Below are positions 12,109 to 24,134 of a stretch of 64,000 nucleotides of DNA, in pieces; the first letter of the stretch is position 1, and every line of letters starts with the position of its first letter. Position numbers and translations under genes: made by a program. Origin of the DNA: Adineta vaga (Eukaryota; Animalia; Rotifera); the NCBI GenBank assembly GCA_021613535.1, contig CP075494.1, positions 1,302,001-1,366,000 on the forward strand, in the 5' to 3' direction. The notes beneath the pieces were generated by a model. The model was not told the DNA's origin, ran no database searches, and was given only the letters and a program-made list of their open reading frames with translations.

Positions 12109-12433
12109 CACTGGGGGCGCGCCGTGTAGGCGAAGGGAAGCAATTGCCTATTCTAGCAAAAATCAGGGGAGGCAATAGAATGTTATTGCCTCTCGTAATA
12201 GGACTATAACTAGCGCTTATAAGAATTCGTTTAATTGTTTCTTCTACAATTCGTTCTTATTAACTTTCTCCAAATTACTGAATTTTGAAAAACAAGGTCA
12301 GTTTCATTTGTCTGACTCTAGTTACTCTGTAGTCAGTTTTCATGAACATTAGTTGAAAGTCAAAAATTTCTCGTTACTGTCGCCTGAAAAATCTAATTGC
12401 CTCCCCTAGACAACTGAGCTTGCGCCGACCATG
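12109..12433. mobile_element. hAT-type MITE
   Basis: 8-bp direct repeat CCCCCATC at 12101-12108 and 12434-12441; imperfect CA..GGCGC termini; internal GGGGAGGCAAT/ATTGCCTCCCC inverted motifs. Confidence 0.6.
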
Positions 12434-12679
12434 CCCCCATCAGCGTTCAGAATGTTTTTTGGGCGAACTTGATTTTTAGTCCACGTGGGGCGCGGTCACC
12501 CTCAATTCGAGTTTTCCCTCGTGTGATTTTTTTCTTTTGTTTTTGATGAGAAATCTTATTGGTAATACATGGGTGCATATGAGTTTCGTGTACTCTCTAT
12601 CTCGAGAGTACATTTTGTATCCGTATTCACGCAGCTATGCTAAATTCGAATGTAAAATACAAATAATTAAGATATTTCC

Positions 12680-15386
12680 TATGTATTGGTTCGTTTGATA
12701 CAGAAGAACTATATGGGGATATTTCAGCATCATCTATTGTGAACTAAAATATTCATTTCAATTTGATCTCAAGAGTGAAGAAGAACTGTATTTTGTCATT
12801 ATTAGTAAGTAACTTAATTTCCCTATTCTTTTAAAAATACACTGCGAAAAAGTCCGTTTTTCATTTTTTCTGTAAAAAACTGCATACTTCTTTTGTTTTG
12901 GTTTATCGAATAGCTTTAAACCATTTTTGATTACGAGGTTAAGATCGTGTGCATGACACGAAAAACGTAAACCAGGTTGGATTTCATTAATGGCTTTTTT
13001 AATATCAGCCCCATTATCAGAAACAATAGCTGAGACTTTATGCCCAATTTGTAATAGTGTTATTTCATAGATGATGTAATGTCTAATATTATCAGCTCGA
13101 TGCGGACTGGAAAAATGGCGAAATCCTAATACAAGAGGAATTGATTCGAATGTTTTATTGAATACATGTCCGGTTAAACATAGAAACGATGTTTTGTTCT
13201 TTGTCCAAATATCAACGGTTAAAGCAATTGCTTTAACATCAGCAAGTGTCGATCGAAGTTCTTCACGGTATTGATGATAAGCATTTGTAAGATCACGTCG
13301 AATTTTTTTTCGAGTTGGAGCACGACTAAAAGAGAGTCAATGCATAATATCGTAATAAATATCAAATATTTGTATCAAGAGAATGAAGATTCATAGTTTA
13401 TAAACGAAACTCTACAACTATAATTAACTTAAGTTGACAATACTGTATGGGTTAAGCATTAAACAAATTTCGTCATATGATCGTTAGGGAAATTAGTCAA
13501 ACTTAATGATTTATTATTTGTTAACTTACTATCCAGGATGTATAACATCTGTGAATTTCTCTATCCCACGACGCCGAAGATCTCCAAAAGAACGACCATC
13601 GGTAATTATACAATCAAGTGCAGCTTCATCAAATAATCTTCCTTTTTCAGGCTTGATTGGATTTGGTTTTGGAATTTGTTGTTGTAGTTGAGATGGAAAT
13701 AGAAATTCCTTCATTTTATGAAAACGGCCTAAATGACTACGAAGGTTGACCGGATTGTTGTTTGATGTTTTGATGAGCTAAATAATCGTGTATAGTTTGA
13801 GAATTATAAATATTTTTCACTATGCATGAAGATGCTTATGCTTACATTATCGCATATTTTGCAAAGATAAAGGTTGTCATCCAATTTGTGAAAAGTTGAT
13901 GTAATGAAAGCATGTTTTTTTTTGTCTTGTTGGATCCGTTGAATAGATTGTGCAATTTCTGGTTTATCACCCATTCGTTCTACATCATCAATTTGATTTA
14001 TTTCTTCGCCACTTGACACATTTACACTGCCATTATTAAATGTACGTAATGAAATAGAAGATGATGCATTAACAGGTGATCTATTTGATGACGTAGAAAA
14101 AGTTGTATCAGAAGTATCTGTTGTATCTAATGAAATAGAGAATGTTGCATTGCGATTTAATGTATCTGATGAAGTTGAAGTATTTGACTTACGGATTGGT
14201 GCATCTTGTACAGTCGATGAACTCGGACTTTTGTTTGAGGTTTGTGAAATTGTAGTAGAAATGTCTTTCTTTGATTTCGTTGAGCTACTTCTTTTAGTAA
14301 CAGCACCAGCTTGTACCTGATTTCGCCGTAAGTTATACGGACTTTTCGAAATTGAAGATGATCTTTGATTATTACCGTTTCGATCTCCACTTTCGTTATT
14401 AGAATTCATGGTATATTTGAATATAAAGCAATAATGTAGTTAATGCAACAAAAAAGAGATATGGTTTAAAGTTTATTGATATAGAATGTGTACGTTTAAC
14501 AACAACCGCCGGCGGATATAGAACCAATCATTTTTTAGACTGTTATTTCGCTGTATTTTCCTAGTTTCAATTCTTCTGATTTTCTTTTTTCTAGAAATAT
14601 CTGTTCTCCGATTTCCTGGTGGCTTTTTGTTACCATATTAAGATGTATTAAGCCTATGTTTTGCAAAAAGTATCTTAAAAAATGTTTCCTGAAGAGGGCG
14701 TAGGAGTGTATAACGAAGTTTCTCTTCTTAGAAATAGTAATGAACTGCAAAAAAATAAAAACCACTTGATGATCAAAACATATGTATGAGAATTATTTGA
14801 AAACTATTGTTGAAAACATAGATATTATGAATTTTACAAATTTACTATGCATGCAATTCAATACAATTGGAGCTTTATTCCTTCAGAAGATTTTCTTTTC
14901 TCTCGTGGATGAGAGTATGTCTACAGAGTGTGGATGAGGATGGGTATTTGTATTAGATAAATGTATTACCCTCACTCATATCCACCCTCACATAAGATTT
15001 AGAAACTAATGAAACTAAATCTAATAGACGTTTTATACAAATTGATTGACCCCTTTCCACCAATAACCTATGCTAGTTACAGCTAAACTTAATTACTTAA
15101 TTTTCTGATGAATTAAGTGTTAAGTCCAAAAGCTCAATACTTAAAATTAAACATTAAGTACTTGCTTAACGCTTAATATTAAGCCGTTAAGTTTAAAAAA
15201 AAACTTAATTACTTAATATTAAGTGTTAAGTAAAGACTTAATGCTTAATTTTAAATATTAAACCTTTGTGTTAACACTTAATATAAAGTGGTTAAGTGTT
15301 TACTAGAAAAGCTTAATGTCTTAATATTAAGTGTTAAGCAACATAACTTAACTTAATATTAAATTAAGTCAAATGATCCACCCCTA
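12680..15386 (-). mobile_element. 3'-truncated Ac-like (BED finger) hAT transposon
   Basis: Terminus TAGGGGTGGATCATTT at 15386 (minus strand), TTAAG-rich subterminal array 15085-15370, transposase downstream; other end not found, left coordinate approximate. Confidence 0.75.
12870..14409 (-). pseudogene. BED-zinc-finger hAT transposase, spliced, C-terminally truncated
   Basis: YLCKICDN|LIKT..NLRSHLGRFH (BED finger split by an intron), DCIITDGRSF, IALTVDIWT, FLCLTGH, IVSDNGADI, SCHAHDLNLVI; no dimerization domain found. Confidence 0.85.
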
Positions 15387-16749
15387 GTATAAAGGCTACT
15401 GAACGAACACAAAGTGTACGAAACGAATGATCGTTTTGCATGAGGTATGCCAAACCTTAATGGTGTCATGTGAAGCTACGTGTCGTTCTATATAGAACAC
15501 TCCAAAACCTTCGTGGCAATAATCGAGCCATAAAAGGTTTCGTATGGAATTTACTGATCCTGTATGAAATCAGATGAACTGGCATTGGTTTACTAGAAAA
15601 TATGAGAAACTTTCCGGGGTTCAGCAGCAAAATATGCTAAACTTATGATGGAGATTTGACGCTCTTGAAGACTCTTATAGGTTGCACGAAACTATGAGTA
15701 ATTAAGTGTCAAGTTTGCTCAAGCTTGAACTAACCTACGAAACTTTGAAAGGCTCTGCAGAAATTTCACCGAATTTTTGAGGATCTGTGAATCAATCATT
15801 GGTTTCGCATATTTGACACCGAACCTCCAATGTCTTTGCTAAACCATGTATAGTTTAGCATAAACGGTTCTGAACTATTAGAGAGTTGACGAAGCCATTC
15901 ACGTTTGCATACAAAATAATCTGAACTTCCATCTGATCTACGAAACCAGAAATAATTTGGTAGAAAATAGACTAAACCTCTTGCTAGAGTGCGAAACTGC
16001 CAATGGTTCAGTTGACATATTACAGAACTATCAATAGTTTCTCGCAATACATACGAAACCTTCGAATGGTTCCCCTTGTCAAGTGTCGAATCCTTTGGAT
16101 TCTACTGAACTTAAAACAGTTCAGTATATCGACCGAGAAACGTTTTTTATTTCGCTGAACTAAAAATGGTTCTGTGGAAGAATGGAAAAACTTTCGGGTT
16201 CGGTAAGACAGCAATTGTTTTAGAGTGCTCTTGATCATCATGAGGACATGATAATCTTCTTTTGTTGTGTCTTGTTTTCATTTTTCGTCCTTTTTTCCTC
16301 GTGTTATTATTTTGATTTTTGTTTTGTTTCTCTCTCTGTCTCTCTGTCTCGTTATATATACAACTGGTTTTCGATTTTTTCCTTGTTTACCCCCAGTACA
16401 AGGGATTGACATCATTATTTATTTATCACAGTTTATTATTTGGTCTGGTAGGTTTAACATATTATTTTCATTGTGAGATTCGTCGATATTAGTTGATCTA
16501 GCCTTTCTTTTATATCGGAGGTTGGAGATTATATTTGCATCCCCATTACGAGGAGAATACTTCCTATTCCGCGATGTTGCACATTCCAGAATCAATTCCG
16601 CCTTAGAAATCAGTTCCAACCAATTCCCTTACTGCTTTAATTACCAAATAAACTGGGTACCGATCGAATTCCGCTCGATTCTGAAATTAGTAGCGATTCC
16701 GGAATTACGTGCCGGAATCACATCCTCTTCACTCGCCCTCATTTATTGC

Positions 16750-17281
16750 AAGGGATGCAACGGTGACGATAACCGTTCCGACCGGTAACCGCTTTGAATC
16801 GGTTACCGGTCCATTGGGATACTGATTTCCATTTAGGAACATTTGATAAATAGAAATCGTATTGCTCGATTGCTTCCAAATCATCTAATGAAACTAGCTC
16901 TTAATACCTGATTAGATCAAATCACAGGATCTGAGCATAAAAATATCAACAGATTCTTCAGACCCGAACTAGAATACGATCATACAGAACCGTGATGTAA
17001 TTCACTCTGGGAATGAAACGGTTACCGATTCATACGATTAAACGGTGCCTGATCGTCACTAGAGTCCTGCGTCGGGTCCGGTTTTCAAACCCGACACATC
17101 CACCACTACTCATGGGAACTATAAGAGCCACCATCCATATGTGTCTCTATGAGGATGTCAGACGCACGCCTCAAATCAAGTATAGATGGTAGTCCTTATA
17201 GTTCTCATGAGTAGTGGTGGATGTATGGGGTTTGAAAACCTGACCCGATGCAGGACTCTAATCGTCACGGTTGCATCCCTT
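16750..17281. mobile_element. hAT-type MITE (middle layer)
   Basis: TIR AAGGGATGCAAC(G/C)GTGACGAT; degenerate 8-bp flanks TTTATTGC / CTTATTGT; internal aaccg/cggtt motifs. Confidence 0.65.
17060..17260. mobile_element. hAT-type foldback MITE (201 bp, innermost)
   Basis: TAGAGTCCTGC...GCAGGACTCTA with ~80-bp IR arms and a perfect 8-bp TSD ATCGTCAC (17052-59, 17261-68). Confidence 0.88.
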
Positions 17282-17481
17282 CTTATTGTTATGTGCTGAG
17301 AGATCAACCGATTTGTATAAGACGCAGGTCTGGGACCGAAATTAGACGGGATTTTAGAATTCCATAGTGGATTCACTCTATCAGTTAGTAGGCATTCCGG
17401 GAATGGGTGGAAACTGATTCTAAAATGTTCAACATCGCAGAATAGAATGAATGTTCATTACGAGGACCTAACAGTATGATA

Positions 17482-18047
17482 TACCAGCAAGATTTCTTGA
17501 TTAAATACGTGATTTAGAAGACTCTTTCTACTGAGACTATTTGAAACACGAAAATTACTGTTTGGTAAAGCAATTTTACTCTACTACTCTTCGTGGGAAC
17601 TCAGTTATCCGCTTTCAGGACTTATAGTGAGCCACTATCGAGTACCACGATTCGCGTTTCACTTTTGAAAGTGTCATATTCAGAATCAGCTCAAAAGACT
17701 GAGTTAGAGGAAGCATTTTTTAGCTCGCTTTTGAATCTTTTATTTTTTCATGAAACTTTCGCTGAGGTACCCCTCAGGGAAATTCCCCAAAAACTGAATT
17801 CATTCGCAACTAATATTTTATTAGTTTTTTTCACCAAGAATTTACTTTCAAATAACATTTCAAACTAATCAGATGTGTTTTCCGCGACTAAAACCAGCTT
17901 TGGAAGAAATTCATTTTTTTCAGTGTGAGCTTCCATGAAGAGTAGTAGGGTAGAATCCCTTTACCAAATAGTAATTTTCGTGTTTGAAATAGCCTCAGTA
18001 GAAAGAGTCCGTTACATCACGTATTTAATCAAGAAATCTTGCTAGTG
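17482..18047. mobile_element. Long-TIR non-autonomous element (CACTA-like end)
   Basis: ~120-bp imperfect inverted arms 17482-17603 and 17926-18047; right end reads CACTAGCAAGATTTCTTG on the minus strand. Confidence 0.7.
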
Positions 18048-18845
18048 CACCTTACAAAAGCATGGCTTTATATGACTACAAGGATCACTGCTGATATCAT
18101 GAGAGTCTGACCGAGACGGTGTCTATCGCTAATCTGTTCCACTGTAGAAGATTTAAAAATATTGGCCAATACATTATTCGGTGCAGAATTGAGCAGGCTA
18201 CAAAATGGGTCTTTTGGTTTGGGACAAGTTAAGAAATATAACGAATATTTTATTAAAATAACGCTGAGCAAGTGCTTAGGTGATGTCTGAAAACTGAGTA
18301 TTTAGTCTTCTCGGTGGTATTCTAGAACTATCAGAAGATTACATATGTAGCATTTTATAGAGCAAATGAAGCTCTATCGATTGGTACGTGACTCAGTTTT
18401 CTCGGAGGAAATTTTATATGGAGGAATTCAAAAATAAAAAAGTTCAATTTTGTCCATTTTTAGGGTCATTTTTTGGGATGATATGATTCTTCTTACCCTA
18501 ACTCTCTTGAAGTAACTCTTTAGACCGTAATATTTTGGATTCATATATGGGTCAATAAGACCTAAGTTCCTATGAGATTAGATCCGAAATCCGTTGACCT
18601 TCACGTTTTGGCCTGTATAGAAAAACCGTGGTTTTCTCGAGGAACGTCTCTTAAGAACTATTCTTAGAGAAAAAGTCTTGGAAATATGTCCAGTCTATGG
18701 CATTTTTCAATTCTCATTTAACGCAAGTATACAGTTTTTTCGACACAGGTCGATAAAGTAACATTTAGCGGAAAAAAACTAGAATCCTTTACTAAGTTTA
18801 CTTACGTTATTACCTAGAACTGTATTCGTAGACCTGCAATAGAAA

Positions 18846-20699
18846 ATGGGAAATCTTCGAAAACATCCTCGACGTTTCAGTGAGCCAATTTTTCAAAACT
18901 ATGGCTATGTCCAAGACGAAAAAGATGAGAAAGAAACCCACCTATCATCAACTGAACAAGATGGACACTCAAAAATAAATTTTGTTCATTATCTCTCAGC
19001 GAAAGCTGAAGAAAAAGCTGATAAATCGGAAGTACAGATACAACGTACAAGTATAATGTTAGAACAACCTGCATTTACGCATATCGTAAAACTGGGAGAA
19101 GATCAATCGAACAGCAAAAACGATGACATCATTATATCGTCAGCTGTATCGGTAAGTACAATTATCGACATCGGTACGAATTTGCATCGTGACATCAAAC
19201 CAGGTAGTCAACGATGCCGTTGGAATTTATTATTCAATTTTCTAATCTGGTTGATTGTGCCATTTCCATTTTGGATACCATTTATTTCCAATACAACAGC
19301 GTACTATATCTTACCGTCTATCCAAGGTGTATTTGTATTGATCTGGATAAGTAAGTGTCAATAGCGCAGTTTTTTAACATAGCTCCATTCTGTATATCTA
19401 GTTATTGCCACGTTGGCGATGAAAAATGCCATCATTTTATATACGAACCGGTCTAATGATTTCAGTAAAGATTATGCTAGTATCGAAGCTAAGGATATTC
19501 GACACATTTTTCTTATGAGTTGTTACAAGGAACCAATAGAGTTGATAGAAGCAAGTATTCAAACCTTGGCAAATCAAACAGAAGTTAGCCGAATCATAAT
19601 GGTCGTTTCATTTGAAGAACGCACACCAGGCGTAGAGGATAAATGCCACTATTTAGAAAAGAAATTTCACCACTGTGGATTTCAACGAATTATTTTCACT
19701 ATTCATCCATACGGTTTGCCCAATGAAATACCAGGAAAATGCTCGAATTCAAATTATGGTATTCGTATGGCAGTCAAAGAAATGAAAATTGTTGACAGTG
19801 ATACTGATAATATACTTGTAACAACCTGTGATGCTGATTCGAAGTTTCCGCCACAATATGTGGCTGCATTAACCTCCAAATATGTGAAAGAAAATCGTCC
19901 AGCACTAACAACACTTTATCAATCACCATTATTTTATAACTGGAAGCTCGATGGCGCGTCATTTGTTACACGTGTTACAGGATTATTGAGAAGTTTCTTA
20001 ATGTTAGGTGCATTGATCCCATTCAATATCAATACAATGAGTATTTACTCATACTCATTAAGTCTAGGAGTACGAGGCAACTATGTACATCCCGCTTATC
20101 AGATGGAGGATATTATTTGTCTGATTCGATGGATGGGTGTAACCAAACAACGATTACGGATATCGATGATACCTGTCCCAGTATTAAGTGGACCAACTAG
20201 TGGCGAAACAATTGAGAAAGACATTATGGAATGGGCAAGACAAGCACGTCGCTGGACAATCGGAGCAGCCGAAGTATTTCATTATTTTATAATCAAATCA
20301 AAACGAATGCCGCGGTCAGCGGCATGGTCTTGGGGGGTGTGCTTTGTTGTTTATTATGGAATACTTTTGTGTACCAGCGGTTTATATGGTCTAACATCTT
20401 TGATATCGATGTTTCTACTCGTAAAAAATGTCCCAGTAGCTATCGGCTATGTAATGTATGGCCTACTAGGTGTTCAAATGTTAGCATTTCTAATAGCATT
20501 CTTTATTGATATTTTCATTCCCAAACTGCTGAATATTGAGGAATATATATGCGTTGTACGCAATGTTTTTCAGTATATCACAACACCATTTGTTCTACTG
20601 GCTTATTCATTTGTAGAATTATATGCATTACATGAAATTGTTTTTTTTGGGCGGAAAGTGTGTAAACATGGCGCATCAAAGAAAACAGCTCTTGCTTAA
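18846..20699 (+). CDS. Membrane GT2-family processive glycosyltransferase, ~600 aa (exons 18846-19350, 19402-20699)
   Basis: 51-nt GT-AG intron joins both ORFs in frame; CYKEP, PGKCSN, TCDADS (DxD), MED, QARRW motifs; N- and C-terminal TM helices. Confidence 0.88.
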
Positions 20700-22036
20700 G
20701 AGAGTATGACAGTAGCATCGTAACATATTAACCTACCGTTTCATCATTTATTTCATTTCATTTCACTTTGCTTTTGTTGATCCTTTGATTTTTTTTCTCA
20801 TTTCTTTCGTTCCAAACACATGTACAACTATATAGATCTGTGCTAATAAAAAAAAGTAACGCTCGTCGACGGTAACTCGCTTGATCCTATACTGAATTCA
20901 TTCTTATCATTTCAGCATTGTAGTTAGCAGATAAAAAATTATAAATCAAAACTGCAAAACATACGAAAACGTAAAGTAAAGTAAATAAAGAAATGAAAAA
21001 GGAAACGAAAAAGATCTTATGCAGTTTTGCTTTTGCTTGGAGAAAGTGAAATAGTACGAAGAATATGACACTAAAGATGGGAAAGATAAATAGAAGTGTT
21101 CTAAACTATCTTATATTTTAATTTTGACCGTCACGGGAATACAATCATTGGGCTAATCCATATGACTATAGTACTCCGTACCATAAAAGTCATCATAATC
21201 TAATCCACATCCATATGCATGAAATCCTCCTACTCTTCCTTCTGCTTCTCGTCATTCTTGTATTTGCTGTTGTATTGTTCCCTCGGCTGAAAGGAGGTCA
21301 TATGAAAAACAATAGTTTGTGCGTCTGTCTGTGTCAGAGTCAAAAGTCATAAATTATATATTTCAATAATTACAACAACGGTTGACCGAATGATAATTGA
21401 GATTGAGGAACACGAATATGATGTTATTTTAGCTAATTATTAATTAATTATCAAATAACTAACACTCCTCAAGGGTGTGAGTGGGTGAGTATACATCAGG
21501 CTATGCTCTTAAGCCACACCCTGCTCTCTCTAACTGTATTATTAGATTGTATTCATCGCTCCAGTAGTCATAAAATTCTACGATCTTCTAAACAAGATCT
21601 CACATAAAACTGAGATACCATGTTAGCTATCTCTACAAACCCCTTCAAATTACATTTTGATCGAGATAATTTTAATTAGGGCGATGCCATCTCGAGTAAT
21701 CATATCTGTCTGACTACTTTTAAATAGATATAAATTACGAAAAAAGTAAATCCTGACCAAGATCATGGAGTGAGTGATAAGATATTGGTAAAACTCACAA
21801 AAACGAAAATTTGCGGCAAAATCTTGACCATTAATACGGCAGACTCAGAGAAATAGATCGAATGTTACTTGTATCATAACAAAATGCCAGAAATTAACGC
21901 TTGATCAAGTCCAGAAAATCGAGAAACGTATTTTTCGCATAAGGGGTCTATAATTATAGTACATCAAGTTTTCGTAAATTTGTGTTTTCTTCTTCTGCTA
22001 TGAGCGAACGGAAATAATATGTTAAGTTAGTATATA

Positions 22037-23336
22037 CATAGGGTGATCCAAAAGTTCCCGGAACTGCTCTCGATTTCCTCTTTTATACGCAATAGAGGAT
22101 TTTGTTTTTCATATTTGAATAGTGTAAGGACCGACCTATTAACTGACGTGATTAGACATTTTTGTTTACTTCTACTGAGTTTAAAACCAGTTTTTTTTTC
22201 AATGGTGTATTTTCAGCTGGATAAAACACATATTCGGTTCTATATCTTTACAAGGTTCAAACTCGGTGTTAACGCAAAGCAAATTCACAAGGAGTTGTGT
22301 GATGCATGGGGTGATGGTTACGTATCTTATACCACAGTAGCCGAATGGGTGCAACGTTTTAAACAAGGTAGAACTTCATCAGAAGATGATTCAAGAACTG
22401 GTCGACCAGTAACCGAAACTACTGATCAACATATTGAAGTTATTCGTGCATTAATTAATGAAAATCGACACATTAGTATTAGATATATGATTTTTGAGAC
22501 TGGTTTGTCATATGGTACCATCAATAGGATTATTCATGATGAATTAAAATGGAAAAAGTTATGTGCAAGATGGATACCACATGAACTGTCAGAAAAAGCG
22601 AAGCAACAACGAATACAAATTTGTGAAGATAATCTTGCAAAACTGGAATCCGGTCAATGGAGATTGTGCGATATCGTCACCGGTGATGAAACATGGATCT
22701 ACCATCGTAGTATTGGATCGAAGCAATCAAATATGGCATTGTGTTCTGAAGGTGCAAGTCCACCAACGGTGGTCAGACGAAGCCAATACGATGCGAAAAA
22801 CATGTTTGTGGTTTTCTTCCGAACTACAGGCCCAGAGCTTATTCACATGGTTGATAAGGGTGACTCGATATCTGGTGCTTATTACGAAGATAATTGTCTA
22901 AAAGCTTTATTCGCCAATATCCGACAACAAAGACCAAAATCTGGTTTGCATGCAATCAAATTGCATCATGACAATGCAAGACCGCATCAAGCAAAAGATG
23001 TTAAAATATTTCTTCAACAAGAAGGAGTCATGATGATGCCTCATCCACCATATTCACCTGATCTAGGACCATCAGAATTTTGGTTATTTGGTTATTTAAA
23101 ACATCAATTGGGTAGTTATTCTGATTCTAAAAGCTTAGAAGAAGCTGTAACCAAGGAGATTCGGGCAATACCACAAAATGAGTTTCGAAAGACATTTAAC
23201 AAATGGATTGAACGAATGAAACTTTGTGTAACTAACAAGGGTGAGTACTTCGAACATTTAATGAAATAAGTTTTTTGTTAAGTTTCTTTAATCAATGAAA
23301 AAGGAGGTGTTCCGGGAACTTTTGGATCACCCTATG
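22037..23336 (+). mobile_element. Full-length mariner transposon (1300 bp)
   Basis: Perfect 28-bp TIR CATAGGGTGATCCAAAAGTTCCCGGAAC, TA TSD both sides, single transposase ORF. Confidence 0.97.
22202..23269 (+). CDS. Mariner transposase (355 aa)
   Basis: HTH region, GRP, WIPHEL, TGDETW, HDNARPH, YSPDLGPSEFW; open frame from ATG 22202. Confidence 0.95.
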   Translation: MVYFQLDKTHIRFYIFTRFKLGVNAKQIHKELCDAWGDGYVSYTTVAEWVQRFKQGRTSSEDDSRTGRPVTETTDQHIEVIRALINENRHISIRYMIFETGLSYGTINRIIHDELKWKKLCARWIPHELSEKAKQQRIQICEDNLAKLESGQWRLCDIVTGDETWIYHRSIGSKQSNMALCSEGASPPTVVRRSQYDAKNMFVVFFRTTGPELIHMVDKGDSISGAYYEDNCLKALFANIRQQRPKSGLHAIKLHHDNARPHQAKDVKIFLQQEGVMMMPHPPYSPDLGPSEFWLFGYLKHQLGSYSDSKSLEEAVTKEIRAIPQNEFRKTFNKWIERMKLCVTNKGEYFEHLMK

Positions 23337-24134
23337 TATTACGTGTGTACCCACACAATCTTATGTCATCGACGGATCATCGTTTCCTATTCCTGAGATA
23401 AAATAACGATTTTCGTATTCATGTATGTGCTGGAGGGAAGTAGGTATCTATAGTTTTGGCATACCGTGTCTATATTGAGAGCAATAGTCATTACGCTATT
23501 ACTGTTCTCTTTCTTCAACGTGGATAGATGCGCTATTTTTCCACGAGATTTACAAAGAAAAAAACTCCATTGAATACAGAAAAAACGCAAACAAAAATTT
23601 GAATTTGTACATGTTAACTATTTCTATGATCATCATTATAAGATGGAACATTATATAGATAAATTTCTAATATCAGATTACATTAAAACGCAAGAAAATA
23701 CATGGAAAAATTAACTGCTCAAATGTAAATCTAAAGGATAGATGCTACTGTATTTTTATTGTATTTATTGATTTAATAGCATACCCAATTTGTTTAGCAA
23801 CAATATGCATATTTTAATCTTGAAAAAAATTTTTTTTAATGAAAATATTGAAATGGTTGATATTCTTGAGAACTATTATATGTTTTTTTAGATTATAATA
23901 TTAAACTGAAACAAGACCAAACACTGCATTTTCTGCATAATGTTGAGTGCAAGCTATTGTTGCTCACAATGTAATTAACTGAATCGTGTTTTAAAATCTG
24001 AACGTTTACTTCATCGTCTTGAAAGATGTTCTGGAAATGTCATGTACTGCAATGAAATCGATTCTGTTGTACAACGAATTGAACGACTCAGCTCATCTGA
24101 TTGATCATTAATTGAAATATTCTAGACGGATTCA

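Larger units (their letters stand above)
16564..17445. mobile_element. Outer TIR element hosting two nested MITEs
   Basis: ~37-bp imperfect IR CTATTCCGCGATGTTGCACATTCCAGAATCAATTCC vs reverse complement of 17409-17445. Confidence 0.55.

Noticed and set aside
22043-22201. N-terminal extension of the mariner ORF from GTG 22043
   Set aside because: Starts inside the TIR; ATG 22202 gives a typical mariner transposase length.
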